A DNA stretch of 64,000 bases from an uncultured Desulfobacula sp. Lineage in GTDB: Bacteria; Desulfobacterota; Desulfobacteria; Desulfobacterales; Desulfobacteraceae. A program made the translations under genes and the position numbers. Shown piece after piece: positions 56,456 to 64,000 of this stretch. Position 1 is the stretch's first letter. The number at the start of each line of letters is the position of its first letter. Under the pieces are notes generated by a model. That model did no database searches, had not been told where the DNA came from, and saw only the letters and a list, made by a program, of their open reading frames with translations. Location of the stretch: contig CAYFKW010000016.1 of assembly GCA_964343845.1 (NCBI GenBank), positions 19,718-83,717 on the forward strand. Reading direction: 5' to 3'.

Positions 56456-57208
56456 ATGCAGGACTTTAACCTTGACGGAAGGGTCGCAGTTATTACAGGG
56501 GCCAGCAGGGGAATCGGGTTTGCAGCAGCAAGGAAACTGGCCCAATATGGCGCCCGGTGTGTCCTGGTAAGCAGAAAGCTGCAGGATCTTGAAACAGCAG
56601 CACAACAGATTAATGATACAGGCGGACAGGCGCAGGCCATGGCCTGCCACACAGGATATCAGGATCAGATTGAGGCTATGTACAACAGGGTTGCTGAGTC
56701 ATATGGCAGGCTGGATATACTTGTCAACAATGCTGCCACAAATCCTCATTTTGGCGAGATGCTTTCTGCAGATGAAGGGATCTGGGACAAAACACTGGAT
56801 GTAAACCTGAAAGGCCCTTTCTTTATGATCAAACATGCGGTTCCGATAATGAAAGATAAAGGTGCGGTTGTAAATGTTTCTTCTGTTAATGCGGTAAGCC
56901 CCGGCATTTTTCAGGGGATCTATTCTGCAACAAAAGCAGCATTAGTGAATATGACACAAACACTGGCCAGGGAACTGGCACCAAAAGGTATTCGTGTAAA
57001 TGCCCTGTTACCAGGCCTTACAGATACAAAATTTTCCAGTGCTATCATATCGTCTGAAGAGATCTGTCAGTTTGCCGTGTCCCAGATTCCCATGGGGCGG
57101 TACGCAAGCCCGGAAGAGATGGCAGGCGCCGTATTATACCTTGTATCCGATGCATCATCGTTTACCACTGGGGCCAGTCTGGTTTGTGACGGCGGCATGC
57201 TGGTTTAG
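56456..57208 (+). CDS. Short-chain dehydrogenase/reductase
   Basis: TGASRGIG, NNAATNP, S...YSATK, IRVN...PG. Confidence 0.93.
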   Translation: MQDFNLDGRVAVITGASRGIGFAAARKLAQYGARCVLVSRKLQDLETAAQQINDTGGQAQAMACHTGYQDQIEAMYNRVAESYGRLDILVNNAATNPHFGEMLSADEGIWDKTLDVNLKGPFFMIKHAVPIMKDKGAVVNVSSVNAVSPGIFQGIYSATKAALVNMTQTLARELAPKGIRVNALLPGLTDTKFSSAIISSEEICQFAVSQIPMGRYASPEEMAGAVLYLVSDASSFTTGASLVCDGGMLV

Positions 57209-57238
57209 ATATAAATCACTATATTTAGAGGAAGCAAA

Positions 57239-59050
57239 ATGGCTCAACTCATTGCTGATAGAAAAGAAATAGACTTTATCCTGTACGACCTTTTAGATGC
57301 AGAGACATTAACAACCTGTAAAAAATTTAAAGATTTTTCAAAAAAAATGTTTGATATGGTCATCTCCGAGGCCCGAAAACTTTCCATAAAAGAGATTTTA
57401 CCGACATTGGCGGAAAGCGATAAAAATGGTGTCCGGTACGAAAACGGACAAGTGAAACCACCCAGATCTTTTTACAGGGCAAAGCAATTGATAAGAGAAT
57501 CTGAATTTGTTTCTACCATGGAGGATCCTGAATGGGGCGGGCAGGGGCTCCCATATGTTGTTTCTACTGCAATAATGGAATATGTCGTGGGTGCCAATTA
57601 TGCTTTGAGCGGATACGTTCACATGGGGCACGGAACCGGGAAGATGATAGAACTTTACGGGACTGATCAGCAAAAACAACTATTTCTCAAAAATTTATAT
57701 ACGGCAAAATGGTCAGGCACCATGGTGCTCACAGAACCGGAAGCAGGGTCTGATGTCGGCGCCTTGACAACGTCTGCCAGAAAAAATGATGACGGGACAT
57801 ACTCGATCACAGGTAACAAAATTTTTATTACGGCCGGTGATCATGATCTTTCAGAAAACATCATTCACCCGGTTCTGGCCAGAGTAGAAGGTGCACCAAA
57901 GGGCAGCAAGGGGATCTCTATTTTTATTGTCCCTAAAATATGGGTCAACGAAGATAAGACACTGGGGGAACCCAATGATGTACAATGCACAGGAATTGAA
58001 GATAAAATGGGAATGCACGGCTCAGCCACGTGTTCGTTGTCTTTTGGCGCGAACGGGACGTGCAGAGGTTTTTTGCTCGGTAAAGAAAACCAGGGCCTTG
58101 AGATCATGTTTCACATGATGAATGAGGCCCGTTTGAATGTAGGGTTTCAGGGCAGTACAGCCGCTTCCCTGGCGTATCTTTATGCGCTTGAATATGCGAA
58201 GACTAGAGTCCAGGGCAAGGAGATTGCCTGTATAAAAGACCCGGATGCAGCATCAATTCCCATTATCCGGCATCCGGATGTCCGGCGGATGCTGACCTGG
58301 ATGAAGGCCCATGTGGATGGAATGCGAAGCCTGATTTTTTATGTAAGTGACTGTTTTGACAAAAAAGAGGTCGCAGAAAATGAAGAAAGCCGTATTTTTT
58401 CAGAAGATATGCTGGGGCTTTTAACACCTGTTGTGAAGGCCTATTGTGCCGAAAGAGGATTTCAAGTGTGTGTTGAAGCCATCCAGGTGTTTGGCGGATA
58501 TGGATTTACGCGTGAATTCCCGGTAGAACAACTGGCACGTGATGTAAAAATTGCATCCATATATGAAGGAACCGACGGGATTCAGGCAATGGACCTCCTG
58601 GGGCGTAAACTGGGATTGAAAAAAGGGATGGTCTACACTAATTTTTTAGGTGAAATCAATAAAATTATTGCTCTGGCCAAAGAAAAAGACACCCTGATAC
58701 CCCTTGCAGAAGCACTTGAAAAAAACGTACAGGCCTTAGGGTTGACAGCCATGACAATTGGCGGTGCTGCCATGTCGGAAAATTATAATACGGCTTTTGT
58801 GAACGCGCATCCTTTTTTAGAGGTGACCGGAGATATTGCCTTAGGCTGGATGCATTTATGGCGGGCGCTCAAGGCAACCTGTGCACTTGAAAAAAATCCG
58901 AAACAGAAGGATCGCGTGTTCTATAACGGTATTATTATCATTGCCAGGTTTTATATAGAGACAGTTTTACCGGTTACATTTGGAAAGATGAAATCAGTCC
59001 AGGCACTCAGCAGTGCAGCCCTGGAAGTTGAAGAAGCTGCATTTGGTTAG
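57239..59050 (+). CDS. Acyl-CoA dehydrogenase (long, ~600 aa class)
   Basis: GTMVLTEPEAGSDVG, GNKIFIT, KMGMHG, MFHMMNEARL, QVFGGYG, IYEGTDGIQA. Confidence 0.95.
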   Translation: MAQLIADRKEIDFILYDLLDAETLTTCKKFKDFSKKMFDMVISEARKLSIKEILPTLAESDKNGVRYENGQVKPPRSFYRAKQLIRESEFVSTMEDPEWGGQGLPYVVSTAIMEYVVGANYALSGYVHMGHGTGKMIELYGTDQQKQLFLKNLYTAKWSGTMVLTEPEAGSDVGALTTSARKNDDGTYSITGNKIFITAGDHDLSENIIHPVLARVEGAPKGSKGISIFIVPKIWVNEDKTLGEPNDVQCTGIEDKMGMHGSATCSLSFGANGTCRGFLLGKENQGLEIMFHMMNEARLNVGFQGSTAASLAYLYALEYAKTRVQGKEIACIKDPDAASIPIIRHPDVRRMLTWMKAHVDGMRSLIFYVSDCFDKKEVAENEESRIFSEDMLGLLTPVVKAYCAERGFQVCVEAIQVFGGYGFTREFPVEQLARDVKIASIYEGTDGIQAMDLLGRKLGLKKGMVYTNFLGEINKIIALAKEKDTLIPLAEALEKNVQALGLTAMTIGGAAMSENYNTAFVNAHPFLEVTGDIALGWMHLWRALKATCALEKNPKQKDRVFYNGIIIIARFYIETVLPVTFGKMKSVQALSSAALEVEEAAFG

Positions 59051-59251
59051 CTTAAGAGACCTTCAAGGCCAGGCAGAATAATAGGACACAAATATAAAAT
59101 GAGCATGCCGCAGTGTTGAAACTATATGCAGGAAAATAAAATTCAGACGTAAAAACAGGCAACGGCGTAAATCAATATCCAGACCCGCCTATGTAAAACC
59201 TGAATTTATGGAAGGCATTCATTAAACTGAAAATACAGTAAAGGAAATATC

Positions 59252-61051
59252 ATGGCCAATCGATTCATGAGCATGAAAAATCTCAAGTTTACCTTGCAAA
59301 CAAAAATGGAAGGTTTGGGAAATGAAAAATCAACCGTTCTCAAGGGGCATGATACAAAATCAATTGGAATGGTATTGGATGCAGCATATGATTTCGCCAA
59401 AAAAGAACTGCACCCTATTTTTGAAGACATGGACCGGAACCCTCCCACATTATCAAATGGCAGTATAAACGTTCATCCAAATGTAAAAAAGATATTGAGC
59501 ACCCTAGGAAGTGATGGGTGGATATCCTCAGTTTTTCCTGAAAAATGGGGCGGAGAAAACATGCCCGTGTCAATCCTTCACTGTATTAATTTTATTTTTG
59601 CAGCAGCCAATTATTCGGCTTCAGTTTATTCAGGACTCACCACAGGTGCGGCCAAATTGATTTTAAGTTTTGGATCTGAATCGCTTCAACAAAGTTATCT
59701 CCCCTCCATGCTGTCGGGCAAATGGCAGGGCACGATGGCGTTGACAGAACCTGAAGCGGGAAGTTCATTGGGTGATCTTACAACAAAAGCATATCCTGTA
59801 TCAGAAGGGTGTTATAAAATAAGTGGTGAAAAGATATTTATTTCAGCTGGTGATCATGACGGGGTGGAAAATATCGTTCACTTGATGCTGGCGAGGATAG
59901 ACGGGGCTCCCAGGGGAATTAAAGGAATTTCATTGTTTGTGGTTCCAAAATTCAGACCGGATGCTGAAGGAAACCTCGTGGAAAACGATGTCACGGTTAC
60001 CCAGATATTTCATAAACTGGGGTATAGAGGCGCCCCCATTGCAGGGATACGGTTAGGGGAAAAAGACAATTGTTTCGGATACCTGGTGGGCAGGGAAAAC
60101 AAAGGCCTTTTTTACATGTTCCAGATGATGAATGGTGCCCGTCTGGAAGTGGGAATGGGGGCAACAGCAATAGCGACAGCAGCATACCATGCAGCGCTTG
60201 ACCATTGCAGAACCCGAAGGCAGGGTCGTAGAATTACAGATCATAAAAATGCACCGCCGGTGCCGATTATCGAACACACGGATGTGAAGCGAATGCTGCT
60301 GTTTCAACGGGCTGTGTCAGAAGGAGCGCTGTCGTTGATTCTGCAGTGCGGCGTCTGGGAAGATATCCTTGAAAAATACCCTGAGCAAAAGGATTTCCAT
60401 CTGCTGCTGGAGCTGTTAACCCCAGTTGCCAAAACGTTCCCATCAGAAGCCGGGATACACTCTACAAGCCAGAGTATTCAATGTTTTGGCGGATATGGAT
60501 ATTGTGAGGATTATCCTGTGGAACAGCATTTTCGAGATATGCGTATTCATCCCATCCATGAAGGGACAACAGGTATTCAGGGGCTGGATTTGCTGGGACG
60601 GAAGATCTCCATGGAAAACGGGAAAGCCATGGTGCTGCTAAAGCAGGAAATATTAACTGTAATAGAAGCTGCAAAACAGTATACCCGGACAGAAGAAATG
60701 GCATCTGACCTTTTATCCAGTATGGATCTGCTTGAGAAAACGACAATAGATCTTGGTGTACTGGCTTCCGAGAAAGGTGTACCCTCCTATCTGGCAGATG
60801 CCGCGCTTTACCTGGAAATGTTCGGTATAATTGTCATTGCCTGGCAGTGGCTTGGCATGGCCTTGTCAGCAGCCAGGGAATTGGAGAAAAATACTGTAAA
60901 AAAGAAAGATGTGCTGTTTTATAAAGGAAAGGTTCAAGTGGCCAGGTATTTCTTTAATTATGAACTGCCTAAAGCCAGAAGCCTTTCCATCACACTGGCA
61001 AACAGGGAAAAGATAACTTTGGCAATGCCCGGGGATTGTTTTACAAACTAA
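59252..61051 (+). CDS. Acyl-CoA dehydrogenase (long, ~600 aa class), paralog
   Basis: GTMALTEPEAGSSLG, GEKIFIS, MFQMMNGARL, QCFGGYG, IHEGTTGIQ. Confidence 0.95.
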   Translation: MANRFMSMKNLKFTLQTKMEGLGNEKSTVLKGHDTKSIGMVLDAAYDFAKKELHPIFEDMDRNPPTLSNGSINVHPNVKKILSTLGSDGWISSVFPEKWGGENMPVSILHCINFIFAAANYSASVYSGLTTGAAKLILSFGSESLQQSYLPSMLSGKWQGTMALTEPEAGSSLGDLTTKAYPVSEGCYKISGEKIFISAGDHDGVENIVHLMLARIDGAPRGIKGISLFVVPKFRPDAEGNLVENDVTVTQIFHKLGYRGAPIAGIRLGEKDNCFGYLVGRENKGLFYMFQMMNGARLEVGMGATAIATAAYHAALDHCRTRRQGRRITDHKNAPPVPIIEHTDVKRMLLFQRAVSEGALSLILQCGVWEDILEKYPEQKDFHLLLELLTPVAKTFPSEAGIHSTSQSIQCFGGYGYCEDYPVEQHFRDMRIHPIHEGTTGIQGLDLLGRKISMENGKAMVLLKQEILTVIEAAKQYTRTEEMASDLLSSMDLLEKTTIDLGVLASEKGVPSYLADAALYLEMFGIIVIAWQWLGMALSAARELEKNTVKKKDVLFYKGKVQVARYFFNYELPKARSLSITLANREKITLAMPGDCFTN

Positions 61052-61088
61052 AACAGGTCCATGTGATTTTCAAAAAGGATGAGGAACA

Positions 61089-61859
61089 ATGAATCGGAAA
61101 AAAGAGGCCCCACCGTTTAAATTTAAAACAGAAAAAGAAATTGGATACTTAACCCTGAACAGGAAAGACACCTATAATGCATTTGATCTTTCCATGGTTG
61201 AAGCTTTTGAGAATTTTTTAAAGGAACGCCGCTATGACGAAAAAACACGGGTCATCATTCTTGATGGGGGTGATGCAAAAGGGTTTTGTGCCGGATTAGA
61301 TACCAAACAGTATGCCAGTGAAATTTTTAATATGGAGCCTTCAACCGCCTATAATCACCAGGCCCGGATGAGCCGCCTTTTCCTTGGTATGCGTCAACTG
61401 CCCCAGCCGATTATTGCCTGCATACATGGCGCAGCTGCCGGCATTGGCTTTTCGCTTGCCATGGCATCTGACATCCGGATACTGACCGAAGATGCGAGGT
61501 TTTCTGCTGCATATATTAACATAGGCCTGGGGGGTGCTGATATGGCATCCTCCTATTTTTTACCCCGTCTTATTGGTGCTGGAAGAGCCTATGAATACCT
61601 TCTGACAGGGAATTGGATGGACGCGGATACGGCTTTAACACTCGGGTTTGCTTCACAAATCGTACCCAGAAGCAGAATGATAGAAACAGCACGGCAGCTT
61701 GCACAGACCATGGTAGAGAAAAACCCAATGGGAATTCGCATGACAAAAGAAGCGATCAACAGCAACCTGGATTGTGCCGGACTTGAGGCTGCATTGAATA
61801 TGGAGGACAGGAATCAGATGATGATTGCCTATACATACAGGATGAAGCCTGGACAGTAG
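61089..61859 (+). CDS. Enoyl-CoA hydratase/isomerase family protein
   Basis: FCAGLD, PQPIIACIHGAAAGIGFSLAMASDIR, GLGGADMA. Confidence 0.92.
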   Translation: MNRKKEAPPFKFKTEKEIGYLTLNRKDTYNAFDLSMVEAFENFLKERRYDEKTRVIILDGGDAKGFCAGLDTKQYASEIFNMEPSTAYNHQARMSRLFLGMRQLPQPIIACIHGAAAGIGFSLAMASDIRILTEDARFSAAYINIGLGGADMASSYFLPRLIGAGRAYEYLLTGNWMDADTALTLGFASQIVPRSRMIETARQLAQTMVEKNPMGIRMTKEAINSNLDCAGLEAALNMEDRNQMMIAYTYRMKPGQ

Positions 61860-62042
61860 GATCGGCATGAAAGTATGACACAGCATTCTGTCCTGCTGAT
61901 GATTGAAACACAGACAGCTTTTTCCAGGACCGTACAGACAATTCCATTTCCGATTGTCTGCAGGCATATCCGCACAAGGGATACGGTGCTTGAAACAGAT
62001 GGCGTTATCATACAGATGAACATTTAAATAAGGAGGGTATGC

Positions 62043-63794
62043 ATGATGGATCAAAGCAACCGGTCAGACCGGAACTGGAACACCCCATTCTGGCCTGATG
62101 GCGTTTCCCGTACAATAGATGATTATGCCTTCCCGTTATTTAAATTATTGGATGATTCTGCACAAAAATACCCCCATAGTGTATTTACCATTTTTAACGG
62201 TGCTGTAAAGACATATGCCCAGGTCAAGGATACAGCAGATCGAATTGCAAATTTTTTAGATAACAAGGGGATTAAAAAAGGGGATAAAGTTGCTATCTTC
62301 CTGCCAAATCTGCCTCAGTTTCCTGAAATTCTTTTTGGTATTACAAAAACAGGCGCTGTAGCAGTCAATTGCAATCCGGTTTACACAGCAAATGAGCTCA
62401 AACACCAGTTAAAGGATTCACAGTCAAAAATGGTATTCTGCATGGACCATCAGCAGTTTTATACCAATACGGTAAATGCTGCCAAAGGCACTGATGTTGA
62501 AACGATAATCGTCTGTAACATCAAATCATATCTGCCAAAATTCAAAGCATTTTTAGGCGGGCTGCTGGGAAAACTCCCTAAAGCCGATGCCATAGAACCC
62601 GGGCATTTAATGTTTGATGATATTGTCTCTCAATCATCACCGAATCCGCCGGCCGTGGATATCGATCCTGAAAACGATACGGCTGTGATGCTGTATACAG
62701 GCGGAACTACAGGGCTTCCAAAAGGGGCTGAACTCACCCACATTAATTTTACTTATGATACAATGGCATTGCACGAGTGGTGCCGTGTTGTACATCATGA
62801 GGGAAAACCGCCTGAAAAACTGGTCACAGGAGATTATCACTGTGTTCTGGGGGTTCTCCCCTGGTATCATAGTTTTGGTTTGACAGGGGCACTTTTGATT
62901 ACCTGCCTTTTAGGCGCAAAAATAGTTTGCATCCCGGACCCAAGAGCAGGCAGACCGCCATTTACAGAAGTGCTCAAGTCCGTTGAAAAATATCGCCCGA
63001 CCACCATGTCAGCAGTTCCAACGATCTTTGTCGCTTTTGCCAACCATCCGGATATAACAAAGTATGACATCTCTTCTTTTATCGGATGTTTTTCAGGCGG
63101 TGCTCCACTGCCGCCGCAGGTCTGCCGGCAGTTTGAAAGAAAAACAGGGTCTATTATTTTTGAAGCATATGGGTTAACTGAAACAGCACCGGCATTGTGT
63201 ATCAATCCCACATTTAAAGAAACCAGAAAGATAGGGTCTATTGGATTTCCTCTGCCGGAAACAGATATTAAAATATTAAATATAGAAGATTCATCAAAAG
63301 AGATGCCAAAGGGTGAAGATGGAGAACTGGCTGCCTGCGGTCCCCAGGTTATGAAGGGGTACTGGAATCGGCCCGACGCAAGTGATGCCGCATTTGTTCA
63401 TATAGATGGGAAGCGGTATTTTCTTACAGGTGATATCGGCCATATTGATGAAAATGGATATGTGACCATCACAGATCGTAAAAAAGATATGATTATTGTG
63501 GGAGGGTTTAATGTGTATCCAAGGGATGTGGAAGATGTTATCTACACCCACCCGAAAGTTGAACTGGCAGCAGTGATTGGAATTCCAGATGAAAAAAGCG
63601 GGGAAAAGGTAAAGGCATTTATCAAGCTTAAAGACGGACAGAGTGCTGCGGTAGAAGAAATGCATGCTTTCTGTAAAGAAAATATGGCTGGATATAAACG
63701 CCCGAAAGATATTGAATTCAGAGATGAAATACCGGTTTCAAATGTTGGGAAAGTTCTTCGAAGGGTATTAAGGGATGAAGAGCTTGCTGAATAA
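62043..63794 (+). CDS. fadD: Long-chain fatty acid-CoA ligase
   Basis: YTGGTTGLPKG, EAYGLTET, MKGYWN, TGDIG, DRKKDMI, YKRP...GKVLRR. Confidence 0.93.
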   Translation: MMDQSNRSDRNWNTPFWPDGVSRTIDDYAFPLFKLLDDSAQKYPHSVFTIFNGAVKTYAQVKDTADRIANFLDNKGIKKGDKVAIFLPNLPQFPEILFGITKTGAVAVNCNPVYTANELKHQLKDSQSKMVFCMDHQQFYTNTVNAAKGTDVETIIVCNIKSYLPKFKAFLGGLLGKLPKADAIEPGHLMFDDIVSQSSPNPPAVDIDPENDTAVMLYTGGTTGLPKGAELTHINFTYDTMALHEWCRVVHHEGKPPEKLVTGDYHCVLGVLPWYHSFGLTGALLITCLLGAKIVCIPDPRAGRPPFTEVLKSVEKYRPTTMSAVPTIFVAFANHPDITKYDISSFIGCFSGGAPLPPQVCRQFERKTGSIIFEAYGLTETAPALCINPTFKETRKIGSIGFPLPETDIKILNIEDSSKEMPKGEDGELAACGPQVMKGYWNRPDASDAAFVHIDGKRYFLTGDIGHIDENGYVTITDRKKDMIIVGGFNVYPRDVEDVIYTHPKVELAAVIGIPDEKSGEKVKAFIKLKDGQSAAVEEMHAFCKENMAGYKRPKDIEFRDEIPVSNVGKVLRRVLRDEELAE

Positions 63795-63856
63795 AATTGT
63801 TGAAAGTTAAATGATCATTATTTCAGGAACATTAATGTGAGAAGTGTTATAACTGG

Positions 63857-64000
63857 TTAATTTTTTAATTCTTCCTTAACAGCAATACCCAGTTTTTCAA
63901 GCGTATACGGCTTTTTAATATACTTGCCAGCGCCTAATTTTTGCGCATTTTTAACCAGGGAGGTCTCGGAAAATCCACTGGCAATGATGGCTTTCTGCTT
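63857..64000 (-). CDS. C-terminal REC domain of a hybrid kinase/response regulator (starts beyond the right edge)
   Basis: Not in the track; translated by hand: [47 protein letters not shown]. Closely resembles the C-terminus of 16053-18881. Confidence 0.85.
   Translation of the reverse strand, partial: KQKAIIASGFSETSLVKNAQKLGAGKYIKKPYTLEKLGIAVKEELKN

Noticed and set aside
59159-59168. GC-AACGGC-GT, an ANTAR-like hexaloop upstream of the second long acyl-CoA dehydrogenase
   Set aside because: Only a 2-bp stem, no second hairpin and no overlapping terminator.
1-64000. The many 60-180 aa track ORFs antisense to or nested within long genes; also searched by eye for CRISPR arrays, tRNA/rRNA, integrases and transposases
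   Set aside because: The nested ORFs are shadows of well-supported genes without RBS or motifs; none of the other element types was found.

Overview
AT-rich (roughly 40% GC by eye), gene-dense chromosomal window. Gene content (Nqr, MetF/MetV/MvhD, split glutamate synthases, many Cache/PAS kinases, beta-oxidation genes) points to an anaerobic sulfate reducer of the Desulfobacteraceae type; this is an inference. No rRNA, tRNA, CRISPR array, transposase or prophage was recognised. Contents in order: partial PAS sensor; Cache histidine kinase plus NarL-type regulator; pyrD-pyrK-pyrE; nqrABCDEF; MauE/DoxX plus rhodanese; hybrid kinase; cyclophilin; CBS plus HPP; hemerythrin plus a Cys-rich/cNMP/kinase/Cys-rich/PP2C fusion; an mvhD-metV-metF-(glutamate synthase-like x3) operon; CAAX protease; NDK-fold protein; hybrid kinase; a second split glutamate synthase operon followed by a GAF-ANTAR gene; acyltransferase; NifB/NifX-like protein; trkH and trkA; phosphoesterase; kinase-DUF1566; a small Cys-rich protein; patatin; TetR; and an acyl-CoA dehydrogenase/phosphotransferase/SDR/acyl-CoA ligase cluster. 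Best candidate for an undescribed system: the mvhD-metV-metF-glutamate-synthase-like operon (25.5-33.3 kb). It is preceded by a sigma70 promoter, a dual-hexaloop ANTAR RNA motif and an overlapping terminator, and a one-component GAF-ANTAR protein is encoded about 5 kb away. A dispersed ~130-nt inverted-repeat element occurs in six full or partial copies.
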